DNA of 64,000 nucleotides, taken from Eledone cirrhosa. Its lineage: Eukaryota. The position numbers and the translations under genes were made by a program. Below, piece after piece: positions 1-13,252 of this stretch. The stretch spans positions 45,570,001 through 45,634,000 of the forward strand of contig OZ024753.1 of NCBI GenBank assembly GCA_964016885.1, given 5' to 3'. Under the pieces are notes generated by a model. The model worked only from the letters and a program-made list of their open reading frames with translations. It did not search any database and was not told where the DNA came from. Position 1 is the first letter of the stretch, and every line of letters begins with the position of its first letter.

Positions 1-639
1 TTACCGTTCGGTTTCTTATCACTTCGTTATAAAAATGACAATTAAAATTCAACTCTTGTATCGTGTATAATCTATTTTGTTAAAATAATATCACATTTGA
101 AGTTTATGGAATTTGATCGGCGAATGCCAGAAATAACACCTCAACAAAACTCAACTAATTCTCTCTAACGAATTCTGCCAGCCGTTGGCTACTAAATAAA
201 CTATAATGAAGTGTTTACATTAATAAAAACCTACATAGCATGTAATGACACAAATGCTTTCCTACAATCTGAAAGAAAGACTTTCAAAATCTTAAAACAA
301 ATTGTACGTTAGCCTTTACAATAAGTATTGTATATATAGTGATAATACTCTTTACAAAAAACACCATTCATATGACAAACATTGTATATAATCAATTTCC
401 AATGCAAATGTTTAAAAATTAGCATAAGATACACAGCAGAATTGCAAGGAAGGAAGCACGAGATAAACACCTCCATGCTTTAGATAAAACACACAAAGTG
501 AAATCTTAATATTTCCATAGTCACCGTTAAAATAATAGAGCCTACACGTGAGAAATATTGCGGCGAAGTACTTGGTGGTAATTCTGGAAAAGTTCACACG
601 AGAAAAAATACATAATAATAATAATAATATTATTATTCT

Positions 640-760
640 TTATGATCTGAGTTCAAATCCCGCCGAGGTTAACTTTGCCTTTCATCCTTACGGGGTCGAT
701 AAATAAAGTACCAGTAATGTACTGGGTAATTGCTGGCCTTGTGCCTAAAATAGAAACAAT
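640..760 (+). mobile_element. tRNA-derived SINE (family A), 5'-truncated
   Basis: B-box GAGTTCAAATCC followed by the core GCCGAGGTTAACTTTGCCTTTCATCCTTACGGGGTCGATAAA..GTACCAGT, ending in (ATT)n. The same core recurs more than 10 times in the window. Confidence 0.85.
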
Positions 761-863
761 TATTATTACTATCGTCATTGTTGTTGTTGTACTTGTTGAT
801 GTTGCTGTTATTGTTGTAACTATTATTGTCGTGTTTATATGCTGCTTGTTTTGTTAATGTTTA

Positions 864-902
<39 letters not shown>

Positions 903-1006
903 AAACATTAACAAAACAAGCAACATATAAACACGACAATAATAGTTACAACAATAACACCAACAACAACAAGTACAACAACAACAATGACGATAGTAAT
1001 AATAAT
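759..1006. repeat. Imperfect palindrome centred on an (AAT)n/(ATT)n switch
   Basis: 759-865 (tattattactatcgtcattgttg...gttaatgtttat) is the reverse complement of about 900-1006 (ataaacattaac...caatgacgatagtaataat). Confidence 0.9.
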
Positions 1007-1127
1007 AAATAAATAAATAAAAGAAGATGAAGAATATGGATGAACAAGCTCATTGGTAATTATTTTACAAGGAAGCTTCACAGATGCAAGAATATTGAAC
1101 AGTACTAGATAAGCAAATATCGTGACT

Positions 1128-1188
<61 letters not shown>

Positions 1189-1365
1189 GTGTTTGAATAT
1201 GTGTCTTTGTGGATGTGCGTCTTTATGTATATGTGTGTATATATACATCACAATTTAGTCGTTGTGCACTTTTACTGAATAGAAGCCCCGTTTAGATGAA
1301 TTGAATTTATATGGTATACGTTACATTGGAGTGTCTGGAGTGTCTATATATATATATAGATATAG

Positions 1366-1451
<86 letters not shown>

Positions 1452-1682
1452 GTGTGTGTGTGTGTGTAAAAATTATATGTATGAAAACATGCAAATGATA
1501 GAATAGATTTCTTAAACCGTTCGATACTTTACAATTGTTTCGATGCATCATTCAAATAATACCAATGGAAAAGCACAATATAATAAAATGAAACATAGAA
1601 ACAAAATATATGTATTGAATATGGCTAAATATCAAGGATGTTTGTACATCTTCAGAAGCAACAATATAATTCCACCCCACCA

Positions 1683-1764
<82 letters not shown>

Positions 1765-2076
1765 TGTTATACTTGGGGAGGGTCATATTGTTGTAATAAT
1801 ATTGCCAGAAATAATAACAGAACACACTCACTGTTTGGCTGGTTTTCGCTTTTGTATCTTTTATATCCCCATAGTTAATTTATTTGGCAATCAACGTTTA
1901 TCATTGATTGACCATCGGTTAAAAATACAGATATAAATATATATATATATATATTGTCTATCAAAGTTCTTTCATTGCACATCTGCAACATCATCAGTGG
2001 TCGTATTATTATTATGTTCCCTCCTATTGTATTGTAATGTCTGCGCAAAACAAATATATATACATATATATGTATA

Positions 2077-2256
2077 CATTTTCCCCAATTCCATGCCGCC
2101 TGTCGTCTCAATCTATCTTATTGCTCATTCTTTCTTCTGATAAAGGACTAGCGTCCGAAACGTTAAGACCTTCTTTCTGCTATATCAAGCGTTAACCTAA
2201 TATATCCCTTGAATATACTGTACCGATTGTGTTGTTATTTCTGTTTACCTTTTACA

Positions 2257-2260
<4 letters not shown>
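2077..2260 (+). mobile_element. Penelope-like pLTR 3' fragment (family H1) ending at (TA)n
   Basis: Minimal HHR motif followed by a tail (atcaagcgttaacctaatatat..tgtaccg) similar to the copies at 20.9 kb and 43.7 kb. Confidence 0.65.
2133..2168 (+). ncRNA. Minimal type I hammerhead ribozyme (core G8>A variant)
   Basis: TCTT-CTGATAA-A-GGAC(TAGC)GTCC-GAAA-C-GTT^AAGA. Stem I is TCTT/AAGA, stem II is GGAC/GTCC, and stem III is the loopless palindrome ACGT. Confidence 0.7.
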
Positions 2261-2293
<33 letters not shown>

Positions 2294-2379
2294 CACCGTA
2301 TTTTTTATTTTTGACTAAAGACATTTTTGCCTGATAATGGGGTTTAGAACCCTCAGATAAATGAAAAAAAGATGAGTAT

Positions 2380-2450
2380 TGACGTACATGGGAGTCGAAC
2401 CCACATCTTTGGTTATCCAGACCACTGTGCTACCATTACACCAACACATC
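2380..2450 (-). tRNA. tRNA-like cloverleaf (anticodon loop CTGGATA), inverted copy; probably a pseudo-tRNA or SINE head
   Basis: The reverse complement folds into acceptor, D, anticodon and T arms, with A-box TGGTGTAATGG and B-box GGTTCGACTCC. Confidence 0.55.
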
Positions 2451-2470
2451 ACTCAATGTGATATGTTGGT

Positions 2471-2541
2471 GATGTGTTGGTGTAATGGTAGCACAGTGGT
2501 CTGGATAACCAAAGGTGTGGGTTCGACTCCTATGTACATCA
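2471..2541 (+). tRNA. tRNA-like cloverleaf (anticodon loop CTGGATA); probably a pseudo-tRNA or SINE head
   Basis: Acceptor GATGTGT/GTACATC, D-stem GTGT/GCAC, anticodon stem TGGT/ACCA, T-arm GTGGG-TTCGACT-CCTAT. A TTTTT run follows about 10 nt downstream (Pol III terminator-like). Confidence 0.55.
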
Positions 2542-2769
2542 ATACTCATCTTTTTCCATTTATCTGAGGGTTCTAAACCCCATTATCAGGCTAAAATTTC
2601 TTTAGTCAAAAATACGGTGAAAGCTATTCTATTTTCTAATTTCAAACCTGCTCACTGTTTCAAAACATACTTACTTCTCATATATATATATATGTTTATA
2701 TATCGCCGTATTTCCTTTCTACTTGTGGGATATATAAATTTATATATATATATATACGATGAGAGGAGC

Positions 2770-2850
2770 TGCCCAAGGTGCCTAGCAGTGCGAGTCAACC
2801 AGAAATTACGTGGTTGCGCACACAATGTTAGCCTCACTGCGACATGACTG
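2770..2850 (-). mobile_element. Decayed tRNA-derived SINE head (family C)
   Basis: gcccaaggtgcctagcagtg...gtggttgcg resembles a reversed SINE tRNA region. A related + strand piece lies at 55231-55270. Confidence 0.35.
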
Positions 2851-4164
2851 TAACAAGATTCGATAAATAAACCAAATAATATACTAAGAAGAGGAATATT
2901 AATTATAACTGATAATATTATATTATATTTAAACACTGGAATTAGAGAATCTGATTAGAGGGACAATTACTATTAGTTTGAAGTATATGAATATTAACAT
3001 TATATAGCATAGAGACTGGAATGTTAGACGATTGTAGCAAAGTTAAGGTATAATTATATTAAAAACTACACTCTGAGCTAGAAATGTGAACATATGTATT
3101 AATACATGAACCATTCCAGTCAGAAAGTACAGTTTTGATATGATAGATTGAAAATTAATGCCAGAAATAAGATTATAGCTATATATATACACTAGTCGTC
3201 CTAGTCATAAGGTTCAGCTTTAATATAATAGATCGAAGGTTAATGAATTGAAAAGAAAATTTTGATAACACCACTACAATAAATACTCATTGATATATAG
3301 TAACAGATATAGATAGGATATATCATTTGTGGGAGGAGTACTGATACAATGAGAAAACTATTACAGCTTAAACGACATTGGATCAAGGAAAATACTTAGA
3401 TGTTGGAAACGATAGATTGATTAAATTAATTGTCTAGCATGAAAGAAAAGCATTTTTATCGATATACAAAAACATCAACAATATAATGTTAAAAAATGCT
3501 ATGTACACAGAAAAAGAAAAAAAAAATATTTAGATGAACACAAAATAATAAAACGTAAACAGCAAATTATGTATAAGGAGAGAGAAAAATATATTGAAAC
3601 AGAATGAGGATGAATTGAGGAGAAAAAAAAAGCTATCTACAGATAGTATTTTGCGAAACTGGGCAGGCACACACATAGACACATATGCATGCACACATAT
3701 ACATAGATACATATGAACGCATGCATACATATATACAGACACAAATACACAGAGAGGCAGAGAGAAAGGAATGTTTGAAGAGTGAACTGGCTTAAGATCT
3801 TTAAGGAACTGAAAGAAATGCAATATCTGATTTTATATATGTACGAGATCAAATACGTTGTCATAAATATATATATGTATGTTTTACAAAATATAAAACA
3901 TAAATATGTATAATGCAATCAGCCTGAAGCAGAGAGAGGTTATTGCACAGCTTGCAGAAGCTATCTCAGTGCAACAGTTCTCTATTAATATATCTCTGAA
4001 CCGATATTACATCCACATATCTGTGTTTAGGTATGGGCTTTAGACCCTGTTAACACAAACAGTGACAGCAACACCTTTTCCTGTTGTCATCACCATCCAG
4101 GAACTTTAACAGATTTCTGACATATGCCCAGACCCCCCCCTAAGAAAATCAATTAAAATAATGG

Positions 4165-4367
4165 TTTCTGATTTAGGTACAATGCCAACAATTTTTGGGG
4201 GGAAGCTAAAATCCATTAAATCGCCCACAGTCCGTTACTGGTACTTTATTGTATCGATACCGTAAGGCTGAAAGGTAAAGCTAACCTCAGCCAGATTTGA
4301 CCTCAGAACGTAAATGGCAGTCGTAACTCTGCCGCGACGCTCTACCGATACTGCCAATCTATCACCA
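4165..4367 (-). mobile_element. SINE family A, near full length, diverged, with imperfect TSD
   Basis: Family A core in reverse orientation, flanked by aaaatcaatt(aa/gg)aataatgg at about 4145-4164 and 4373-4392. Confidence 0.8.
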
Positions 4368-4779
4368 TAAAAAAAATCAATTGGAATAATGGAATCCAAA
4401 CAAATGAATTCAAATATGAACTTATGTTCATATTTCTGGCAAAAAGCAAAACGACAAGAGCAATTGCTCGTGAGAAATTCGATTGTTTTCAGAAAAATAA
4501 TGTTGATAATCGATATTACCCTTGTAGGTATCCAGATCGAAATGTTTTTAAGAGAAGAGCAGACTCGGCATTATTGATAGGAAATAACTAGAAAGAAATA
4601 GTAAGATTCTACATCATGTTATATTGCCTCCAGTTATATATACAACAACAACAACAACAACAGACACGACGACAACAACAACAACAATAAACACGACGAC
4701 AACAACAACAACTACTAAATAACCAAAATATGAAAAAAGTAGATTTTGATGATAGTACAATGGTGCTGGGTCATTGATA

Positions 4780-5725
4780 ACAGAAGTGGAGGGAGAGGGA
4801 GGAGAGGGAGTGGATGGAGAAGATGAAGAGGATGGAGGAGGAGATGGAGGAGATGAAGGAGGAGATGAAGAGGGATGAGGAGACGAATGGGAAGAGGAGG
4901 GGAAGAAGAATGGGAGTGAGAGAAGAGGAAGAAAGAGAACGAATAATGTGACGTATGATGATGATGATGATGACGATGACGACGACGACGACGATGATGA
5001 TGATGATGGCGATGGCGAAGATGAAGGTGATGATGGTGATGGTGATGGTGATGACGATGATGATAATGATGAAGGTGAAGGTGAAGGTGAAGGTGATGTT
5101 GATGAAGGTGAAGGTGACGACAATGATGATGATGAAGGTGATGTTGGTGAAGGTGATGACAATGATGAAGGTGAAGGTGATGTTGGTGAAGGTGATGACA
5201 ATGATGAAGGTGAAGGTGATGTTGGTGAAGATGAAGGTAAAGGTGATGTTGATGAAGGTGATGGTGGTGAAGGTGATGATGAAGGTGATGGTGATGGTGA
5301 TGGTGGTGAAGGTGATGGTGGTGAAGGTGATGATGAAGGTGATGGTGGTGAAGGTGATGGTGGTGAAGGTGATGATGAAGGTGATGGTGGTGAAGGTGAT
5401 GGTGGTGAAGGTGATGATGAAGGTGATGGTGATGACAATGATGATGAAGGTGAAGGTGATGGTGATGGTGGTGAAGGTGATGACAATGATGATGAAGGTG
5501 AAGGTGATGGTGATGGTGATGGTGATGGTGATGACAATGATGATGAAGGTGAAGGTGATGGTGATGACAATGATGATGATGGTGAAGGTGAAGGTGATGG
5601 TGAAGGTGAAGGTGATGGTGAAGGTGAAGGTGATGGTGATGGTGATGGTGAAGGTGAAGGTGATGGTGAAGGTGAAGGTGATGGTGATGGTGATGGTGAA
5701 GGTGAAGGTGATGGTGAAGGTGATG
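4780..5725. repeat. Compound trinucleotide repeat (GGA/GAT/GGT/GAA)
   Basis: Direct reading. It is the source of the poly-D/G/E and poly-S/P ORFs. Confidence 0.95.
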
Positions 5726-5877
5726 ACTATATCAATAACAATCGACGTTTAGAAACTCAACAAAGCAACAGTAATAGAAACCTTATAAATAACAACAACA
5801 GTATTGATAACAATATAAAGAACATAGAGAAGACTACAGCAGCCACACTACATGGTAACAACAACAGCAACAACATA

Positions 5878-6210
5878 TGGTACCACCAATAACAGTAACA
5901 ACTATAACAACAACAACAGCAACTAAGGTACCACCAATAACAGTAACAACAACTATAACAACAACTAAGGTACCACCAATAACAGTAACAACAACTATAA
6001 CAACTAAGGTACCACCAATAACAGTAACAACTATAACAACAACAACAGCAACTAAGGTACCACCAATAACAGTAACAACAACTATAACAACAACTAAGGT
6101 ACCACCAATAACAGTAACAACAACTATAACAACAACTAAGGTACCACCAATAACAGTAACAACAACTATAACAACAGCAACTAAGGTACCACCAATAACA
6201 GTAACAACAA
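5878..6210. repeat. Minisatellite, about 39-48 bp unit (actaaggtaccaccaataacagtaacaacaactataacaaca), about 8 copies
   Basis: Recurrent GGTACCACCAATAACAGTAACAAC anchor. Confidence 0.9.
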
Positions 6211-6529
6211 CAACAACAACAACAACATATGTCACAACATGGATAACAACAATAAATACAATTACAAAAACAACGATGACAGCAAAACATTGGAAGAAAG
6301 GAAATAACACAAACAACAACAACAATACGATTAAATTCATCATCATCATCATCATTATTATCATCACAATCACTATCATGTTTATCACCATTATCATCAT
6401 CATCATCACCATTATCATCATCATCACCATCATCACCATTATCAACATTATCATCATCATCACTACCAACATTTCTCCAAGCAAAGCTATGGAACTTTTA
6501 TTCCTACAAGTTAATCATTCGCATACAAA

Positions 6530-6549
6530 TACACACACATATATACATA

Positions 6550-6580
<31 letters not shown>

Positions 6581-6799
6581 ATATATATACATATCCATAT
6601 ATATATATGTATATATATATACATATCCATATATATATATATATGTATATATATATACATATCCATATATATATATATATATATATATCCATATTCATAT
6701 ATATATATCCATATTCATATATATATATATATATATACATGTTTATATATATATATATATACATGTTCATATATATATATATATATATATATATCCATA

Positions 6800-6836
<37 letters not shown>

Positions 6837-7026
6837 ATATTCATATATATATATATATATCCATATTCATATATATATATATATATATCCATATTCATAT
6901 ATATATATATATATATCCATATTCATATATATATATATATATATATCCATATTCATATATATATATATATATATATCCATATTCATATATATATATATAT
7001 ATCCATATTCATATATATATATACAT

Positions 7027-7086
<60 letters not shown>

Positions 7087-7355
7087 GTTCATATATATAT
7101 ATATATATATATACATGTTCATATATATATATATATATACATGTTCATATATATATATATATATCCATATTCATATATATATATATATATATCCATATTC
7201 ATATATATATTCATATATATATATATATATACATATTCATATATATATATATATATATCCATATTCATATATATATATATATATATCCATATTCATATAT
7301 ATATATATATATATATCCATATTCATATATATATATTTATATATATATATGAATA

Positions 7356-7400
<45 letters not shown>
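6530..7400. repeat. (TA)n with periodic CCATATTC / CATGTT interruptions
   Basis: Direct reading. Confidence 0.95.
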
Positions 7401-8440
7401 CATAATATACATACATATGCATATACATATATATACACGTATGTACGACATAACATTTACATGAAAAAACACACATACAGGTTTAACCTGCAACAGAGAC
7501 ACACACTCATACATACAGAAACACACCCCCACCCACTCACACATCCACACACCCACACCCACACACACATCCACCCCCACACATACACACCAGCTCCATC
7601 TGAAAAGTAAACATTTCCATTCTGGTTTTTACGGCCAGCCTGAAGCTATATCTGAGAACAATAGCTGTAATATTAACAACAACAACAACAATAGCATCAA
7701 CAACAAACAACAACAACAGCATCAAATATACAACAAAAAACAACTACGAAAGGACTATTACAACAACTGCAACAGGAACAACAACAACCATACCTGCCTT
7801 CAACAACACCAACTGCAACAACAACGCTACCAACAACAACAACTAGTAGTCTACAACACTACCAACAACTGCAACAACAACAACAGCACTACCAACAACA
7901 ACTACAACAACACCATCAACTACAACAACTAGTACAAATGTACTACCAGTACGATATGTAAGATACCAATAAACATGTAATAGACTGCAATACATAACAT
8001 TCCATATGATGAGGATGGTGGTGGTGGTGGTGGTAGTGATAGTGGTGGTGGTGGTGGTGGTGGTGACGATAATCATCATCATCATCGTTGTGTTCGTTGT
8101 CTTCCCACTTCTCTCCCTCTTCCTCATTCATACCTCGTACCGCCACAATCTAAACGATAAAATCATCCTGATCCACATCAACATCAACATCACCATCATC
8201 ATCATCACCATCACCATCACCATCATCACCATCAGCATCATCATCGTCATCATCACCACCATCATCATAGTGTTCACCATAAGCCACCCCCAAGATATAC
8301 AAAACATTATACAGAAGACAAAACAATTCCAACAAGAATGAAACAAGTCTTCCAACTTGCCTTTGTTTTGTGTTGTGGCCTGGAGATATATGGGATAAAA
8401 ACAACAACAGCAATAACAATTAATAATAATAATAATAATA

Positions 8441-8912
8441 ATTGTTTCTACTTTTGGCACAAGGCCAGCAAATTATCTCAGTGTATTACTGGTACTTTAT
8501 TTTATCGACCCCGTAAGGATGAAAGGCAAAGATAACCTCGGCGGGATTTGAACTCAGACCATTTTGATAATAATAGGTTCTGATTTAGGCAGCAATTAGA
8601 AGGGAAGGGAAAGTCGATTAAATCGACTCAGTGCATAACTGGTACTTAATTTTGTATTATTGGTACACTGTAAGAATGAAAGGCAAAATTAACCTCGGCG
8701 GGATTTGAACTCAGAAGGTAAATTAAAACTATGGATGACGGTGAATGTTAGATTGTGAAGTGTAAATGATGTTGAAAGGTAGATAATAGAGTTTTCTGAC
8801 TTAGCAACAAGACCAACAATTTTGGGTAAAAAGGGAAATTCAATTAAACTACTCAGTAAATTACTGGTACTTTATTTTGTATTATAAGTACACTGTAAGA
8901 ATGAAAGGCAAA
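8441..8912 (-). mobile_element. Cluster of three SINE family A fragments
   Basis: Three successive copies of ...actggtactt..ttt..aaggatgaaaggcaaa.. at about 8441-8560, 8567-8720 and 8785-8912. Confidence 0.8.
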
Positions 8913-8935
8913 GACCTAACACCATTCCTTCATAG

Positions 8936-9085
8936 TAAGGCGCATGGCTTAGTGGTTAGAGCATTGGGCTTGCAATCGAAAGGTTGTGAGTTCAATTCTC
9001 AGACCAGGTGATGTGTTGTTTCCTTGAGCAAGACACTTTATTTCACATTGCTCCAGTTTAATCAGCTGTAGAAATGAGATGATAG
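8936..9085 (+). mobile_element. tRNA-derived SINE (family B)
   Basis: A-box GGCTTAGTGGTTAG, B-box GAGTTCAATTC, then TCCTTGAGCAAGACACTT (V/CORE-type central motif). Confidence 0.75.
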
Positions 9086-9176
9086 GACTGGGGTCCCTAT
9101 CATTAAATCACCCAAGATTCCTCCAACGAGATATACCTTGGAGGAGGCCAGTTAAACCTGCATAGGTGTGAGCTGT

Positions 9177-9208
<32 letters not shown>

Positions 9209-9376
9209 TAGGTGTGAGCTGTCACACAGACATAGTAAGCCCAAGAACTTTTATTGTATATGACAATATAGAAGGTTTAGGAGAGATTTAACTGCTATGT
9301 CAAGCACGTCCAGGGACTTTCTACAAGTGTCACTCGCTGCTGCTAATACTGCAGCTACTACTACTACTGCTGCTAG

Positions 9377-9409
<33 letters not shown>

Positions 9410-9526
9410 ATCCTGTCGTTTATAGATGTCACTGCAGTCGCTGTATTTTCCTCCCTGCTGTAACCATATAACTTTGTCATCACAAACACTTTATTTGTCT
9501 TTCATTCCATACTTAATTCCTACTGC

Positions 9527-11806
9527 ATCTATCTACCTATCTATCTACTACCTATCTATCTACTACCTATCTATCTACTATCTATCAATCTACTATCTAT
9601 CTACTACCTATCTATCTACTACCTATCTATCTACTATCTATCTATTTACTATCTATCTACTACCTATCTATCTACTACCTATCTATCTACCTATCTATCT
9701 ACTACCTATCTATCTACTACCTATCTATCTACTACCTATCTATCTACTATCTATCAATCTACTATCTATCTACTACCTATCTATCTACTACCTATCTATC
9801 TACTACCTATCTATCTACTACCTATCTATCTACTACCTATCTATCTACTACCTATCTATCTACTACCTATCTATCTACTACCTATCTATCTACTACCTAT
9901 CTATCTACTACCTATCTATCTACTACCTATCTATCTACTATCTATCTACTACCTATCTATCTACTACCTATCTATCTACTATCTATCTACTACCTATCTA
10001 TCTACTACCTATCTATCTACTACCTATCTATCTACTACCTATCTATCTACTACCTATCTATCTACTATCTATCTACTACCTATCTATCTACTATCTATCT
10101 ACTATCTATCTACTACCTATCTATCTACTATCTATCTATCTACTACCTATCTATCTACTACCTATCTATCTACTACCTATCTATCTATCTACTATCTACT
10201 ACCTATCTATCTACTATCTATCTACTACCTATCTATCTACTATCTATCTACTACCTATCTATCTACTATCTATCTATCTACTACCTATCTATCTACTATC
10301 TATCAATCTACTATCTATCTATCTACTACCTATCTATCTACTATCTATCTACTACCTATCTATCTACTATCTATCTACTACCTATCTATCTACTATCTAT
10401 CTATCTACTACCTATCTATCTACTACCTATCTATCTACTACCTATCTATCTATCTACTATCTACTACCTATCTATCTACTATCTATCTACTACCTATCTA
10501 TCTACTATCTATCAATCTACTATCTATCTATCTACTACCTATCTATCTACTATCTATCAATCTACTATCTATCTATCTACTACCTATCTATCTACTACCT
10601 ATCTATCTACTACCTATCTATCTATCTACTATCTACTACCTATCTATCTACTATCTATCTACTACCTATCTATCTACTATCTATCAATCTACTATCTATC
10701 TATCTACTACCTATCTATCTACTATCTATCAATCTACTATCTATCAATCTACTATCTATTTATCTACTATCTATCTACTACCTATCTATCTATTTACTAT
10801 CTATCTACTACCTATCTATCTACTACCTATCTATTTACTATCTATCTATTTACTATCTATCTATCTACTATCTATCTACTACCTATCTATCTACTATCTA
10901 TCAATCTACTATCTATCTATCTACTACCTATCTATCTACTATCTATCAATCTACTATCTATCAATCTACTATCTATCTACTACCTATCTATCTACTACCT
11001 ATCTATTTACTATCTATCTACTACCTATCTATCTACTACCTATCTATCTACTATCTATCTACTACCTATCTATCTACTACCTATCTATCTACTACCTATC
11101 TATCTACTATCTATCTATTTACTATCTATCTACTACCTATCTATCTACTACCTATCTATCTACTACCTATCTATCTACTACCTATCTATCTACTACCTAT
11201 CTATCTACTACCTATCTATCTACTATCTATCAATCTACTATCTATCTACTACCTATCTATCTACTACCTATCTATCTACTATCTATCTATTTACTATCTA
11301 TCTACTACCTATCTATCTACTATCTATCTACTATCTATCTACTACCTATCTATCTACTATCTATCTACTACCTATCTATTTACTATCTATCTACTACCTA
11401 TCTATCTACTATCTATCTACTATCTATCTATCTACTATCTATCTACTACCTATCTATCTACTACCTATCTATCTACTATCTATCTATTTACTATCTATCT
11501 ACTACCTATCTATCTACTATCTATCTACTATCTATCTATTTACTATCTATCTACTACCTATCTATCTACTATCTATCTACTATCTATCTACTACCTATCT
11601 ATCTACTATCTATCTACTACCTATCTATCTACTACCTATCTATCTACTATCTATCTATTTACTATCTATCTACTACCTATCTATCTACTATCTATCTACT
11701 ATCTATCTATTTACTATCTATCTACTACCTATCTATCTACTATCTATCTATTTACTATCTATCTACTACCTATCTATCTACTATCTATCTACTATCTATC
11801 TACTAC

Positions 11807-11885
<79 letters not shown>

Positions 11886-11950
11886 CTATCTATCTACTAT
11901 CTATCTACTATCTATCTATCTATCTATCTATCTATCCATCTACCTATCTG
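9527..11950. repeat. 2.4 kb (CTAT)n-derived satellite with a 15-bp higher-order unit CTATCTATCTACTAC
   Basis: Direct reading. It is the source of the spurious 845-aa ORF. Confidence 0.95.
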
Positions 11951-11991
11951 TCTGTCTATATGACACTGCGCGAGTTTATGTATATAAAAGC

Positions 11992-12032
<41 letters not shown>

Positions 12033-12034
<2 letters not shown>

Positions 12035-12484
12035 AAAGTTATATTTAAATTGTTGGGTTAACAACGAGTAAATATTTATAACTGATATAAAAGCACTCAA
12101 CAAGTATTTGGAGTATATTTATGATATTAAATAAATGGAAACTATATTTATAAAACCATATTTATTTCGTTATATATATTTCAGGGATATCATATTAACA
12201 ATATGTTATGCCATCTCCAGACAAAATACAATATAAACAGTCTTATAAATAAATAGATACGACATACCTTTCAGTCACCTTGCATTTGTGAGGTTGATTT
12301 GGCAGATCAACCTCCCAAATGCAAGGTGACTGAAAGGTATGTCGTATCTATTTATTTATAAGACTGTTTATATTGTATTTTGTCTGGAGATGGCATAACA
12401 TATTGTTAATATGATATCCCTGAAATATATATAACGAAATAAATATGGTTTTATAAATATAGTTTCCATTTATTTAATATCATA
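12033..12484 (-). mobile_element. Penelope-like fold-back insert in (TA)n (family H2)
   Basis: Arms 12120-12298 and 12306-12484 are near-perfect inverted repeats. The minus copy extends to 12033, (TA)n lies on both sides, and a related copy sits at 62240-62402. Confidence 0.8.
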
Positions 12485-12869
12485 TATATATATATATATA
12501 TAATTGTTTCTACTTTTGGCACAAGGCCAGCAATTACCCAGTGCATTAATGAGGGAACTAATATTGATGCGCTACCTAAGTTTTCAAGTTCCAATTATGA
12601 CAATCTCCCTATATTGTGCACGAGAGTACGATTGTTTTTCCTTTCAAATGTCTCCCCACATACAGTGTAGGTAAACCCGAGGGTAACAATTAAACCCCCG
12701 CCCCTGTCGTGGAATCGAGCGATAAATCTCAGGATTTCAAAGTGAAGTTCTTAAAGTGTCTGTGATATCTATATCCACAACGACGTTATATATACTTGCT
12801 CACCTACACACAGTCTCTCTCCCTCTCTCACTATCTCTCGCTCTCTCTCTTTCTCTCGATATATATATA

Positions 12870-12955
<86 letters not shown>

Positions 12956-13203
12956 CATATATATGTATATATATACATATATATGTATATATATACATAT
13001 ATATATTGGTATCTCTATCTATCTCTCTTTCTCACTCTCTCACTCTTCATATATATATATATATTGCTCTCTCTATCTATCACTCTTCTTTCTCTCTCTC
13101 TCTATCTATCCCTCTTCCTTCTCTCTCTCTATCTATCCCTCTTCTTTCTCTCTCTCTATCTATCCCTCTTCTCTCTCTCTATCTATCTATCTCTCTCTCT
13201 CTC

Positions 13204-13252
<49 letters not shown>

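Larger units (their letters stand above)
2291..2679. mobile_element. Fold-back element with two divergent tRNA-like units, between (TA)n tracts
   Basis: Arms 2291-2452 and 2469-2622 are near-perfect reverse complements. The + copy continues to about 2679 and then (TA)n. Confidence 0.85.

Noticed and set aside
2471-2541. Functional tRNA-Ser(GGA) gene
   Set aside because: It has no long variable arm, several G.T pairs and a mismatch at the top of the anticodon stem, and it sits in a mobile-looking palindrome. Kept only as tRNA-like.
4614-5892. Acidic D/G/E-rich and S/P-rich ORFs
   Set aside because: Trinucleotide repeat open in several frames on both strands, with no unique domain or splice evidence.
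5877-7464. Mucin-like ([11 protein letters not shown])n and YI-repeat ORFs
   Set aside because: A minisatellite running into (CAT)n and (TA)n tracts, with no supported gene structure.
9426-11963. 845-aa ORF
   Set aside because: Translation of a G-free (CTAT)-derived satellite; it stays open only because stop codons are compositionally rare.
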